Shown here: positions 22,040-35,790 of the stretch, one piece after another
Layout of the letters: the number at the start of each line of letters is the position of its first letter
Numbering within the stretch: the first letter of the stretch is position 1
Source: Macrostomum lignano
Lineage: Eukaryota
Reading direction: 5' to 3'
DNA length: 64,000 nt
Assembly (NCBI GenBank): GCA_002269645.1
Contig: NIVC01003264.1
Span: 1 to 64,000, forward strand
Position numbers and translations under genes: made by a program
The notes under the pieces: model-generated
Databases searched by the model: none
What the model was told of the DNA's origin: nothing
What the model saw: the letters and a program-made list of their open reading frames with translations, nothing else

Positions 22040-24975
22040 AAAGTAGCTCAGAAAGTACGCTCGTAGCTGGTAGCTCATGCAGTAGCTCAGAAAGAAGCTC
22101 AGAAAGTAGCTCAGAAAGTAGCTCAGAAAGTAGCCCAGAAAGTAGCTCAGAAAGTAGCTCAGAAAGTAGCCCAGAAAGTAGCTCAGAAAGTAGCTCAGAA
22201 AGTAGCCCAGAAAGTAGCCCAGAAAGTACGCTCGTAGCTGGTAGCTCATGCAGTAGCTCATGCAGTAGCTCATGCAGTAGCTCAGAAAGTAGCTCAGAAA
22301 GTAGCTCAGAAAGTAGCACAGAAAGTAGCTCAGAAAGAAGCTCAGAAAGTAGCCCAGACAGTAGCCAAGACAGTAGCCCAGAAAGTAGCTCAGAAAGTAG
22401 CTCAGAAAGTACGCTCGTAGCTGGTAGCTCATGCAGTAGCTCATGCAGTAGCTCAGAAAGTAGCTCAGAAAGTAGCTCAGAAAATAGCTCAGACAGTAGC
22501 TCAGAAAGTAGCTCAGAAAGTAGCCCAGAAAGTAGCCCAGACAGTAGCCCAGAAAGTAGCTCAGAAAGTAGCTCAGAAAGTACGCTCGTAGCTGGTAGCT
22601 CATGCAGTAGCTCATGCAGTAGCTCAGAAAGTAGCTCAGAAAGTAGCTCAGAAAGTAGCTCAGAAAGTTGCTCAGAAAGTAGCCCAGACAGTAGCCCAGA
22701 AAGTTGCTCAGAAAGTAGCTCAGAAAGTACGCTCGTAGCTGGTAGCTCATGCAGTAGCTCATGCAGTAGCTCATGCAGTAGCTCAGAAAGTAGCTGATGC
22801 AGTAGCTGATGCAGTAGCTCATGCAGTAGCTCATGCAGTAGCTCACAAAGTAGCCCAGACAGTAGCCCAGAAAGTAGCTCAGAAAGTAGCTCAGAAAGTA
22901 GCCCAGACATAGCCCAGACAGTAGCTCAGAAAGTAGCTCAGACAGTAGCTCAGAAAGTAGCTCACAAAGTATCTCAGACAGTAGCTAAGGCAGTAGCTCA
23001 GAAAGTAGCTCAGGCAGTAGCTCAGACAGTAGCTCAGACAGTAGCTCAGAAAGTAGCTGGGGCAGTAGCTCAGAAAGTAGCTCAGACAGTAGCTCAGAAA
23101 GTAGCTGGGGCAGTAGCTCAGAAAGTAGCTCAGAAAGTAGCTCAGAAAGTAGCTCAGAAAGTAGCTCAGACAGTAGCTCAGAAAGTAGCTCAGGCAGTAA
23201 CTCAGAAAGTACGCTCGTAGCTGGTAGCTCATTCAGTAGCTCAGAAAGTAGCCCAGAAAGTAGCTCAGAAAGTAGCTCAGAAAATAGCTCAGACAGTAGC
23301 TCAGAAAGTAGCTCAGAAAGTAGCCCAGAAAGTAGCCCAAACAGTAGCCCAGAAAGTAGCCCAGACAGTAGCCCAGAAAGTAGCTCAGAAGTTAGCTCAG
23401 AAAGTACGCTCGTAGCTGGTAGCTCATGCAGTAGCTCATGCAGTAGCTCAGAAAGTAGCTCAGAAAGCAGCTCAGAAAGTAGCTCAGAAAGTAGCTCAGA
23501 AAGTAGCACAGAAAGTAGCTCAGAAAGTAGCTCAGAAAGTAGCCCAGACAGTAGCCCAGACAGTAGCCCAGAAAGTAGCTCAGAAAGTAGCTCAGAAAGT
23601 ACGCTCGTAGCTGGTAGCTCAGAAAGTAGCTCAGAAAGTAGCTCAGAAAGTAGCTCAGAAAGTAGCTCAGAAAATAGCTCAGACAGTAGCTCAGAAAGTA
23701 GCTCAGAAAATAGCTCAGACAGTAGCTCAGAAAGTAGCTCAGAAAGTAGCTCAGAAAGTAGCTCAGACAGTACGCTCGTAGCTGGTAGCTCATGCAGTAG
23801 CTCATGCAGTAGCTCATGCAGTAGCTCATGCAGTAGCTCATGCAGTAGCTCAGAAAGTAGCTCAGAAAGTAGCTCAGAAAGTAGCCCAGACAGTAGCCCA
23901 GAAAGTAGCTCAGAAAGTAGCTCAGAAAGTACGCTCGTAGCTGGTAGCTCATGCAGTAGCTCATGCAGTAGCTCATGCAGTAGCTCATGCAGTAGCTCAG
24001 AAAGTAGCTGATGCAGTAGCTGATGCAGTAGCTCATGCAGTAGCTCATGCAGTAGCTCATGCAGTAGCTCACAAAGTAGCTCAGAAAGTAGCTCACAAAG
24101 TAGCCCAGACAGTAGCCCAGAAAGTAGCTCAGAAAGTAGCTCAGAAAGTAGCCCAGACATAGCCCAGACAGTAGCTCAGAAAGTAGCTCACAAAGTATCT
24201 CAGACAGTAGCTAAGGCAGTAGCTCAGAAAGTAGCTCAGGCAGTAGCTCAGACAGTAGCTCAGACAGTAGCTCAGAAAGTAGCTGGGGCAGTAGCTCAGA
24301 AAGTAGCTCAGACAGTAGCTCAGAAAGTAGCTCAGGCAGTAGCTCAGAAAGTACGCTCGTAGCTGGTAGCTCATTCAGTAGCTCAGAAAGTAGCCCAGAA
24401 AGTAGCTCAGAAAGTAGCTCAGAAAGTTGCTCAGAAAGTAGCCCAGACATAGCCCAGACAGTAGCTCAGAAAGTAGCTTAGACAGTAGCTCACAAAGTAG
24501 CTCACAAAGAATCTCAGAGAGTAGCTAAGGCAGTAGCTCAGAAAGTAGCTCAGGCAGTAGCTCAGACAGTAGCTCAGACAGTAGCTCAGAAAGTAGATGG
24601 GGCAGTAGCTCAGAAAGTAGCTCAGACAGTAGCTCAGAAAGTAGCTGGGGCAGTAGCTCAGAAAGTAGCTCAGAAAGTAGCTCAGAAAGTAGCTCAGACA
24701 GTAGCTCAGAAAGTAGCTGAGGCAGTAGCTCAGAAAGTAGCTCACAAAGTAGCTCAGAAAGTAGCTGGGGCAGTAGCTCAGAAAGTAGCTCAGGCAGTAG
24801 CTCAGACAGTAGCTCAGACAGTAGCTCAGAAAGTAGCTGGGGCAGTAGCTCAGAAATTAGCTGGGGCAGTAGCTCAGAAAGTAGCTCAGACAGTAGCTCA
24901 GAAATTAGCTGGGGCAGTAGCTCAGAAAGTAGCTGAGGCAGTAGCTCAGAAAGTAGCTCAGAAAGAAAATAGCTC
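22040..24975. repeat. 12 bp satellite (AGTAGCTCAGAA)n with higher-order structure
   Basis: About 2.9 kb array punctuated by a marker unit gtacgctcgtagctggtagctc and by larger duplicated blocks (diagnostic cagacatagcccag at ~22905, ~24155, ~24445). Confidence 0.97.
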
Positions 24976-25637
24976 AGCAAGCATAACAGCAGCTAAGGCA
25001 GTCACTCTGCTCAGTGCTCACTGCACAGCAATATTCGATGCACAAATCAAAGTTTTCCAATTATTAAATTCCATTAAATGCCATAATCCGAATCACTACT
25101 ATAAGTACAGCTAGCGATTGCAGCAGTGAAAACTATCTACTACCCAGGTGCAATGCCTCCAGATGCAATGCCGCAGTTCTCCCTCAGATCGTGTCCCGAT
25201 CGAGTCCCCAGAGCAACTGCGGCTGGGGAGGGGACGGCACGGGCGCTCGAACGTGTCCAACTGAATGAGAACAGAGGCATAATGGGACAGCATCGGCTCT
25301 GAGCATTTTGCTTAGGGATTTCTTATCTAATCTAGTTGGCGGGATCTTGCTCATCAGCGGCTCCTCAGCGTCGGTGGCTCCCGACCTTGCCGGCGGGATG
25401 AGAGGATGAGGAATCCGAAAGGAGACGACGGGGCGGGGATGAAATGGAGTTTTTGAGTAGAGCCCCCGGTGCAGATTTTTCCCAGAGCCGCGAGCTGGCC
25501 GAACGAGCCGTGCCGACTCTGGCGCTTGGCTAAGCATTAATTATTTGATGATGAGGCATGCGGAGCCTGGAAGATTAGCCACACGCTTTTAGGTGAGAAA
25601 ATTTGCGGCCTAGTGAAACTCTGAGTGTATGCTCTCT

Positions 25638-25810
25638 AATAGAGAAGAGAGATAAGAGATGAGAGGCGAGAGAGATGAGAGACAAGAAAGATGAGAGAAG
25701 AGAGATGAGAGACGAAAAATAAAAGGCCAGAGGGATGAGAGACGAGAGAAGAGAGGTGAGAGAGATGAGAGAAGAGAGATGATAGGCGAGAGGCGAGAGA
25801 AGAGTAGAGA
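25638..25810. repeat. Degenerate GA-rich simple repeat (gagaagagagatgaga)
   Basis: Direct reading. Confidence 0.8.
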
Positions 25811-26383
25811 TGGATGTTGGTCCTTAGCTCAGCAGGGGCTGGGGAGAGAAGTGACAGCTAGAAGGTAGTCTTAAGAAACAGAGAATGCAGAGGGCCAGTG
25901 AGAATAAGGGAAGAAAATCCCAAAGAGCCACAGCCGAGGGAGGCCGGCAGCTGGTACGAGTGTAGCCGCTCTCCACTTTCGCGCGGCTGTCAGAATTTGG
26001 CGTTCAGTGGCGCGGAGCGGTTCGGGCCGGCACTCTCACCTTTTGCGCCAGACGATTCACCGCGGGCTGTCCGCGCACCTCCGACCCACAGCAGCAATTC
26101 AGGTGTTCCTTATTTTATGCGGCAAAGTTTGACACCACCGCAATTGGGGAGTGCGTGCGGGGCTCGGCGTGGGGCGAAGATTCGATTCAGAGGTGGGTTG
26201 TGCGCACTTTTATTGCTGCAGCGGCATCTGCCCATTGTCTGTACTAATCTGGTCTGCCATAACACAGCCTTTATGGAGTTTGCCTTGGTGTAGCTGCGTG
26301 ACCTGTATAGTGTCCTACAGTCTCTTACAATGTGGCTAAAATTATCACACAGTGATTTGCCTCAAACGGGGTCCATACAGCGC

Positions 26384-27570
26384 CTCAGTGTGATCTATAC
26401 AGTGTGTCAGTGTGATCTATACAGTGTGTCAGTGTAATCTATACAGTGTGTCAGTGTGATCTATACAGCGCCTCAGTGTGACCTATACAGTGTGTCAGTG
26501 TGATCTATACAGTGTCTCAGTGTGATCTATACAGTGTGTCAGTGTGATCTATACAGTGCCTCAGTGTAATCTATACAGTGTCTCAGTGTGATCTATACAG
26601 TGTCTCAGTGTAATCTATACAGTGCCTCAGTGTGATCTATACAGTGTCTCAGTGTAATCTATACAGTGCCTCAGTGTGATCTATACAGTGTGTCAGTGTG
26701 ATCTATACAGTGTGTCAGTGTGATCTATACAGTGTGTCAGTGTGATCTATACAGTGTGTCAGTGTGATCTATACAGTGTGTCAGTGTGATCTATACAGTG
26801 TCTCAGTGTGATCTATACAGCGCCTCAGTGTGATCTATACAGTGCCTCAGTGTGATCTATACAGTGTCTCAGTGTCATCTATACAGTGCCTCAGTGTGAT
26901 CTATACAGTGCCTCAGTGTGATCTATACAGTGCCTCAGTGTGATCTATACAGTGCCTCAGTGTGATCTATACAGTGCCTCAGTGTGATCTATACAGTGCC
27001 TCAGTGTGATCTATACAGTGTCTCAGTGTGATCTATACAGTGCCTCAGTGTGATCTATACAGTGCCTCAGTGTGATCTATACAGTGCCTCAGTGTGATCT
27101 ATACAGTGCCTCAGTGTGATCTATACAGTGCCTCAGTGTGATCTATACAGTGCCTCAGTGTGATCTATACAGTGCCTCAGTGTGATCTATACAGTGTCTC
27201 AGTGTGGTCTATACATTGCCTCAATGTGTGATCTATACAGTGCCTCAGTGTGGTCTATACATTGCCTCAATGTGTGATCTATACAGTGCCTCAGTGTGGT
27301 CTATACATTGCCTCAATGTGTGATCTATACAGTGCCTCAGTGTGGTCTATACATTGCCTCAATGTGTGATCTATACAGTGCCTCAGTGTGGTCTATACAT
27401 TGCCTCAATGTGTGATCTATACAGTGCCTCAGTGTGGTCTATACATTGCCTCAATGTGTGATCTATACAGTGCCTCAGTGTGGTCTATACATTGCCTCAA
27501 TGTGTGATCTATACAGTGCCTCAGTGTGATCTATACATTGCCTCAATGTGTGATCTATACAGTGTCTCAA
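26384..27570. repeat. 22 bp satellite (TGATCTATACAGTGCCTCAGTG)n grading into a 46 bp dimer repeat
   Basis: Direct reading; alternating 24+22 bp units from ~27205. Confidence 0.97.
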
Positions 27571-27920
27571 TGCACCCCTTTATCCCCCCTTAAAAACGGA
27601 GCCAACCATAGTAATGCTTTCTATTTAAAAAGTTCATTTCGAAAGGAACCCCTATTAGTCGAACTACGCGCGTGACCCTGAACAGAAATTTTCTAATTTG
27701 GCAAAGTTTCTTTTATCCCTTATTAGCTATTCTTCTGAGTAGCTACAGGTTAGCAAGCTCAAAGTGACAGGCCATTATTATAATGATTTGCACTAGTTTC
27801 ATTTTCAGTTTTTCACTCGCATGAGAAACTTAATTAATGCGAATGTCTTTGCTAAAATATTCTTCAAAATCCACTTTGAAAAAGATTTAATATCGTACAA
27901 ATTGTAGTGAGCTAATTAGC

Positions 27921-28738
27921 AGGATCCTTTGTGATCCTGTGTGATACTGTGTGATCCTTTGTGATACTTTGTGATCCTGTGTGATCTTGTGTGATCCTGT
28001 GTGATCCTGTGTGATCCTGTGTGATCCTGTGTGATCTTGTGTGATCCTGTGTGATCCTGTGTGATCCTGTGTGATCCTGTGTGATCCTGTGTGATCCTTT
28101 GTGATCCTGTGTGATCTTGTGTGATCCTGTGTGATCCTGTGTGATCCTGTGTGATCCTGTGTGATCCTGTATGATCCTGTGTGATCCTGTGTGATCCTAT
28201 GTGATCCTGTATGGTCCTGTATGATCCTGTGTGATCCTGTGTGATCATGTGTGATCCTGTATGATCCTGTGTGATCCTGTGTGATCCTGTGTGATCCTGT
28301 GTGATCCTGTGTGATCCTGTGTGATCCCGTATGATCCTGTATGATCCTGTGTGATCCTGTATGATCCTGTGTGATCCTGTGTGATCCTGTATGATCCTGT
28401 ATGATCCTGTGTGATCCTGTGTGATCCTGTATGATCCTGTGTGATCCTATGTGATCCTATGTGATCATGTGTGATCCTGTATGATCCTGTGTGATCCTAT
28501 GTGATCCTGTATGATCCTGTGTGATCCTATGTGATCCTGTGTGATCCTGTATGATCCTGTATGATCCTGTATGATCCTATGTGATCCTGTATGATCCTGT
28601 ATGATCCTGTGTGATCCTATGTGATCATGTGTGATCCTGTATGATCCTGTGTGATCCTGTGTGATCCTGTATGATCCTGTGTGATCCTGTGTGATCCTGT
28701 GTGATCCTGTGTGATCCTGCGTGATCCTGTGTGATCGT
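27921..28738. repeat. 10 bp satellite (GTGATCCTGT)n
   Basis: Direct reading. Confidence 0.98.
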
Positions 28739-29272
28739 GTAAAGAAGATGAATTCAGACACGAAGTTATTTTTCTCCACTTAAATCGCTCGCTTTTAACA
28801 AAGAAAGCATTTTTAGAAACTACAAATACCTTTGCATTACTATAGCATGCCTGTGCTACAGTCAATATTTATCTTAAAGTGCAAAGCGCTCTACAGCAAC
28901 AATATTGGAGCTCGCGGCTACAATATCGGTTTTTATCCTTGCTGCACTTGCTAATTTGCTTCTGGTTAGACAGGGATCCCAGAATCAGGATTTTTACAAT
29001 GGTTTGGCTGCACAGGTAGTTAATAAAAAATTAAACAGGCGTGGACGTGGCTGTTTCAACATCTCAAATATAGTCAATCGTAAAAGCGGAGACAGGGAGA
29101 CCGAGAGCTGCCTGATGCAGCAGCAATCAGCTGATTTTGTGGCTTGAGTTCAATGAATTCAGTGCATCGATCAGTCAGACTCCCCACCAGTTTTGTGTCA
29201 AGTACAGCTTAGGAATCAATCAATAAACCAATATTTCTAACCGTTTCAAAACCAATCAAAATATCAAACAAA

Positions 29273-29416
29273 CAATCAATCAATCAATCAATCAGTCAAT
29301 CTATCAACCAATCAACCAATCAACCAACCAATCAACCAATCAACCAACCAATCAATCAATCAATCAGTCAATCAATCAACCAATCAACCAACCAATCAAC
29401 CAATCAACCAACCAAT

Positions 29417-29475
<59 letters not shown>

Positions 29476-29511
29476 CCAACCAATCAATCAATCAACCAAT
29501 CAATCAATCAA

Positions 29512-29591
<80 letters not shown>

Positions 29592-30132
29592 CCAACCAAT
29601 CAATCAACCAATCAACCAACCAATCAACCAACCAATCAATCAAACAATCAATCAGTCAATCAATCAACCAATCAATCAGTCAATCAACCAACCAATCAAT
29701 CAATCAATCAACCAACCAATCGACCAATCAATCAATCAACCAATCAACCAACCAATCAACCAACCAATCAATCAAACAATCAACCAACCAACCAATCAAC
29801 CAACCAATCAACCATCAATCAATCAACCAATCAATCAACCAATCAATCAGTCAATCAACCAACCAATCAACCAACCAATCAACCAACCAATCAATCAAAC
29901 AATCAACCAACCAATCAACCATCAATCAATCAACCAATCAATCAACCAATCAATCAGTCAATCAACCAACCAATCAACCAACCAATCAACCAACCAATCA
30001 ATCAAACAATCAACCAACCAATCAACCATCAATCAATCAACCAATCAATCAACCAATCAATCAGTCAATCAACCAACCAATCAACCAACCAATCAACCAA
30101 CCAATCAACCAACCAATCAATCAAACAATCAA
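29273..30132. repeat. Compound (CAAT/CAAC)n microsatellite
   Basis: Direct reading; longer blocks recur toward the right end. Confidence 0.97.
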
Positions 30133-30597
30133 TCTCCATCAATAAAAAATCAATAATTCAACCAGTTTAACTACGAGCGTAGTTTAATCATTTTGATATT
30201 ATAATTAGGCCCTACATCAGCATTTTGAGAAACGTGAGAAATCTCAAGGTGCAAAGGGGATATTGAGATGAATGGAGACCCTCCGTCCGTCCGACAGTCA
30301 GAATTTTCACTTAAACAGATTCACAGTTTGTCTTCATCTTAAAACAGCCTCTTCTAACAGACAGAAGCTCAGCGAAAATCAATAATTCTTGAGTTGTGAG
30401 GCAGCTCTGTATTAGAAATCTTGCAGGATTCAGAATGATCGACACAATGACCAAAACTCGATACACTGGACGGACACGACTCCGCACTTAGCACAGGAAA
30501 AATTCAATATTTCAGTACTTCGTAAGAATTGCTAACAAAGGAGAGGTAACATTTAGGAGAATAACTACAAGAAGATTCTGACTTGGATTGTGATATG

Positions 30598-30662
<65 letters not shown>

Positions 30663-30840
30663 GGCAGACTGACAGACTGACAGGCAGACAGTCAGACACG
30701 CACAGGCAGACAGGCAGACACGCACAGACAGACAGGCAGACACGCACAGGCAGACAGGCAGACACGCACAGGCAGACAGGCAGACACGCACAGACAGACA
30801 GGCAGACACGCACAGGCAGACAGGCAGACACGCACAGGCA
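30598..30840. repeat. (CAGA)n grading into a cacgcacaggcagacaggcaga compound repeat
   Basis: Direct reading. Confidence 0.93.
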
Positions 30841-31399
30841 TCAGATCCAGTTCCACGCCATTCGCAGCCTGTCCCAGAGCAGGCGGCAGAGCCCCCAGAG
30901 CGCAGCCAAGCCACACAATGGCGGGCTGCCCAGCAGCTTGGCACTCAGCCGCTCCGCACAGGCGCGGCCAAACAAATTCGCCACTTCCGCAGAATCGCCG
31001 GGCAGCGCGGGCTGCCAGCTGTCAGCCAGGGAGGGAAGGCACCGCGGGGTCGACCAGATCCCCATCCCCACTTTACCTACCTTTCGGGAGTTGTTGTGCT
31101 CAGCCTCTTCACTGGGGCCATTGTTAAAAGCCACTTTGTCACTATGCCAGATAAAGCTCCCAGCCTCTGAGGAAAGCGCTGCGTCAAAGCAGATCGCAGC
31201 ATGTCATTTTTTGGCTTTCAATTCAAAAAGTAAAAAGATTGAAGCTTCTTTTACTCCTTTGTCGAAGCAGACGGCCGCTGCATGATCTGTCAATTAATTT
31301 CCACTTTGGCTGCCAGCCTCAGCACGCATTGCAGCCGCACTAATGAAGCTCTTCTTCTAGATGAACTTGAGGGGGGTTGAGTTTAAAAGCTCAGCCTCC

Positions 31400-32043
31400 G
31401 CTCACTGAACTGCCGCTATACCCCTCGGAGCTCAGTGAACTGCCGCTATACCCCTCGGAGCTCAGTGAACTGCCGCTTTACCCCTCGGAGCTCAGTGAAC
31501 TGCCGCTTTACCCCTCGGAGCTCAGTGAACTGCCGCTTTACCCCTCGGAGCTCAGTGAACTGCCGCTATACCCCTCGGAGCTCAGTGAACTGCCGCTTTA
31601 CCCCTCGGAGCTCAGTGAACTGCCGCTTTACCCCTCGGAGCTCAGTGAACTGCCGCTTTACCCCTCGGAGCTCAGTGAACTGCCGCTATCCCTCGGAGCT
31701 CAGTGAACTGCCGCTATACCCCTCGGAGCTCAGTGAACTGCCGCTATACCCCTCGGAGCTCAGTGAACTGCCGCTATACCCCTCGGAGCTCAGTGAACTG
31801 CCGCTATATCCCTCGGAGCTCAGTGAACTGCCGCTTTACCCCTCGGAGCTCAGTGAACTGCCGCTATACCCCTCGGAGCTCAGTGAACTGCCGCTATCCC
31901 TCGGAGCTCAGTGAACTGCCGCTATATCCCTCGGAGCTCAGTGAACTGCCGCTATACCCCTCGGAGCTTAGTGAACTGCCGCTATACCCCTCGGAGCTCA
32001 GTGAACTGCCGCTATCCCTCGGAGCTCAGTAAACTGCCGCTAT
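31400..32043. repeat. 30 bp minisatellite (CTCGGAGCTCAGTGAACTGCCGCTATACCC)n
   Basis: Tandem units with occasional 28 bp variants. Confidence 0.97.
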
Positions 32044-32315
32044 CCAACATCGCTCCCGAAATAGGCGGTGTTCAGTTATTTCAGCACCGCTTGTGTGGCA
32101 CAAGAGCCTGTCAGAAAACAAACAGCTTTGAACCTCTTCAGAATTGAATTGTTGCTTCGATTCGAAGGCCCAATGTACTGAAGTATTAAATATCTGAGCT
32201 CTCTCTCTCTCTCTACACCTCGCACATATAGATAAGGATATAAATATATAATTTATATTCCGCAACACAGAAATCCAATTCCCTAGATTTCTGACTGGGA
32301 GCAAGGATGGAAGAA

Positions 32316-32367
<52 letters not shown>

Positions 32368-32964
32368 CCGCGAAGAAAAGTAGAAGCGGATGCGCGAAGA
32401 AGCCTGGAGAGCGGTGGCGGGCCATTAAGGACTTATCTGATTATGAAAGAGGCGCAGCTCTCCAGCATAAATTAATGCCATAGTCTCATTCAGACAGGCG
32501 TCATAGCCTTGGGGGCAAGTGATGAAGCGAATGTATATATAGAGAAAGAAGAAATGCAGTCTTTCACTAAAACCGGTGGGTCTCCTATCGCCCATAGCTA
32601 CCAGGATTCGAACGGGAAGAGCAAGAGAGCTAGGGGGGTTGGGGGTTCCGCGCACACAGGATCGGCAAAATTCGAATAGAGAAGAAATTCGAAACGACTT
32701 GCAGAGATTAGCGACATGCCCATGGTAGCGAGGGAACTGGGGAGACGGGGGGACGGGACGAAATCTCATTTTGAATCGAGTTGCGGGGGGAGTCAATCTG
32801 TATCAGCTCAGCCTTAATCCTCAGCTCTGTGACTCTCCCTGCCGTCTGTCATTCTCCGCCACTGCTTCGGGACCGAGTCTGCACGCGAGCCTCTGTTGAA
32901 AAGGGCCACTGGGTCGATTCAGGTAAACGGGGTATTCTTTGTGGAGCTCATTAGGATACATTAC

Positions 32965-33279
32965 ACGTAAGGGAAGGGCCGTAGCCTACCAGTAGTCTGG
33001 CGGCGGCACTGTGATGTGCCAGCGGCCCAGGCTCGATTCCAAATGTGCAGTCACATTTATTTGGGGCTAAATTGAAATCTCGGCTTGGCTCTTCTGCTCG
33101 TGCAATTCACGGCCTTATAATTGAGGGCCAACCTCCCAGGCACAGTGAAGTGTACATGCCTAACGATAAATAAAGTTAGGGCCGCTGTACACTCCTGTGT
33201 GAGTGCCTGTGCGTATGACTGCGTACGTATCCGCGCGCTTGCGTGCCTGCTAAGGGGGGTCGGCGGAGTGGACAGTAAT
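32965..33279 (+). mobile_element. Second tRNA-derived SINE family, copy 2
   Basis: Head gggccgtagcctac...ggcac-tgtgat-gtgcc...ggctcgattcc; the body matches the reverse complement of 5240-5508. Confidence 0.75.
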
Positions 33280-35180
33280 GCCTCTCGCTGGTTGGTGACA
33301 ATGTCGCTTAAAAAGTACTTCATACACAAGTAAAAAATGGAGATACATTGAGCAGCTAATTGAAGACTCTGTATGAATCTCAATGGCGATTCTGTGCATG
33401 CGGAGCTCATTTGTTAAACTGAAACTCCAAACTGTATTCTGACGGAGACCAAATCACAAAAATCAAGCCGCCCACTCACGTGCAGTCAGGCGAATCGGAG
33501 AGAACAGTACGCTTCGCACACAATTAGCCAAAGCCCAATAGTGTTTTGTCCGAGGCAGGCAGGATTCTAATGGTCCGGCAGGTTTTACAATTGCTCAGTC
33601 AGTTTTACAACCCAGCGCGGTGTTTTTGGCAAATTAATGCCGTGCTCGCGGGGCTCCATAGAGCGGACAGCCTCGCTATGCTGCTTTTGTGCAAGGCTGC
33701 CTGCTGTGAACGGTTTGGCTGAAGACCAGCCGGATTGGCCAGGCGGTCAGCCAACCACTTAGGAGATGAGAGCCAGTGCGGGGAGCAGAGAGACGGGAGC
33801 AGGGAAGCTGCACGGATGCAAGGTAAGGTGAAGGGGAAGAGCAGGGCGAAACACGTCCGGTACCCGTCGGAGAGGCGCTGGCAGATCGTGGCAGCCTGGG
33901 CTGGGAAATGAAAAAGTAGTAGAAAAAGGCCGTTCAAATTGAATGGGGTGGCGGCTGAGGGCGATGCCGAGCCATTGCGGCTGACTATGCGAGCGGCTGC
34001 AATTTTCTTTTTTCCTCTAGGCTAAAAATAAAACAAATCAAATCAAATGAAGTCTGCATGGCTCAACGAACAGACGAGTTGACGGATGAGAAAGTCGGAG
34101 ATAGTGAGACAGCCGGCAACCCGCAGTCTGCAATATCGAATGAGCGAGACAGATTCCTCGCGTAGGACCAGAGGCGTAGTCCCGTGCGAAAGTTGAGAAG
34201 CAACAGACAGACCGGAGTGAGATGAGGAGCGAGGGAATTGATTTTTTTCGCAACACTCAAACTCCAGCTCAGAGGGCAGAACCCGCCTGGATGATGGGAG
34301 CGGAGGGGAATATAGAATGACCGTCAGTGAGATTGGTTTAGACTCCAAGCTCGCCACACAAGCATTTGTCCTATTTTATTCCATTGGTCCGCCGCTCTAC
34401 CGGCTGGGTCCACTTTTCTACTGAGTGAAATGGAGCGGGGGCAGGGAGGGACCGCAGCAACTGGATGCAGAGAGGACTCGTCAGCATGCGGACTTCAGCC
34501 AGGCCTATACCCATGCGGGCCGCCTCCCCTTTTTAACAAAAAAGCAAGGAAATCCAATCTGCATCAAATTAATTGGCCTCGACTTCGGCTGCCAGAATGC
34601 GCGGGCGTCTCCTCCGGCAGAAGCAGCAGTTAATTTCGCTCGGCAGACCAAACTACGTACAAGGCTTGCCCCGATATGGCTGGCTGGGTAGCAACGGAAT
34701 TCCAAGGGAAAACTTGTTTTCTGCAGTACGCGATGAAGCCACAACGTTCGGTCGGGTTACAGAGGATGACGCGTTGGCATGGCAACAGAACTTAGCGGAC
34801 ACGGAAACCGGAGATGAGAGACAAACTCCTTCGTCTAAGCCCAGCTGTCGCAATTGGTAGCAAAGTTGCTCAGCTGGTTTGAGTTGCACTGACCGAGCGC
34901 GATAATTAGGGTGGCAGCAGAGTATACGAGCTGTGCTCTCGCTGGGCTTGGCTACGAATTTACTGACTGACTCTGCTTTGTCGCGCGCCAAGTTTGCAGT
35001 TTAAATTCTCTGAAAAAAACTATATAGAACTGCGCTAGAAAGCTTCATGTACTACTTGGACTGATTTGAAAAGTAGAGTATGTTGCTATTAACTACTATC
35101 AGTCTAATAATAATACATGCATAGAACTGACGTTATGCATGATTCCCTATCTCAATGCGGTGCAACAGCTTGGCTCGCAC

Positions 35181-35440
35181 CAGGGGCGTCGCCAACGGGG
35201 GGGGGGCGACACATGTCCCCCCCCAGTAAAAGCTATGGGGAATGCCAATGCTGTCTCCCTGCGCCCCACTTTGTGACCCGTTATGGAAATCTTGCTTCAG
35301 GGCGCCACAATACGAGCTAAATGAGTGCCTGCGGCGCCAAAATGAGTGCCTGCGGCGCCAAAATGAGTGCCTGCGGCGCCAAAATGAGTGCCTGCGGCGC
35401 CAAAGAACTCCCCACCATAGAATCCATGGCAACGCCACTG
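35181..35440. mobile_element. hAT-like MITE with imperfect TIRs and an internal 21 bp repeat x4
   Basis: caggggcgtcgcca (35181) versus tggcaacgccactg (ends 35440); aaatgagtgcctgcggcgcca x4 at ~35319-35403. No TSD found. Confidence 0.55.
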
Positions 35441-35790
35441 AATAACTAATTGTCGAAAATTCCCCATTAACCAGAAATCAAGCGACTTCTCGAAGCATGC
35501 TTTATTTATGGAATTTTTCGCTCAACCGTGCGGCCAGTTCCAGTGATAGTTGATTTATTGCGAGACAGTAAAAAAATCTAAGCCAGATTTGGCGTTGAAA
35601 CCAAGAAAACTAAATTTGAAATATTAAATTCAACAAATTTCTGAACTTCTCGATTAGATTACGAGAGTAGTGCCTTGAAAAACTTGTTGCTGGAGTTCAG
35701 AAAGAGTTTTGCTTCATCAAAAACAGTTTGAAGCAGGATGAAGGCTAACTAAGGCGTTTAACCAAAACTACCAGCCGGACTCCCGAGGCT

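Noticed and set aside
21900-24980. Minus-strand LLSE / YFLS ORFs, and a CRISPR-like look from the recurring marker unit
   Set aside because: The ORFs are satellite translations. The 'spacers' are variants of the same 12-mer, the genome is eukaryotic, and there are no cas genes.
28905-29147. Neuropeptide-precursor-like ORF (hydrophobic start, KK/RR/RK sites)
   Set aside because: Starts at TTG, has no in-frame ATG or compatible splice partner, and shows no repeated or amidated peptide motif.
27916-32147. HRITQDHTGS and ELSELPLYPS ORFs
   Set aside because: Translations of the 10 bp and 30 bp tandem repeats.
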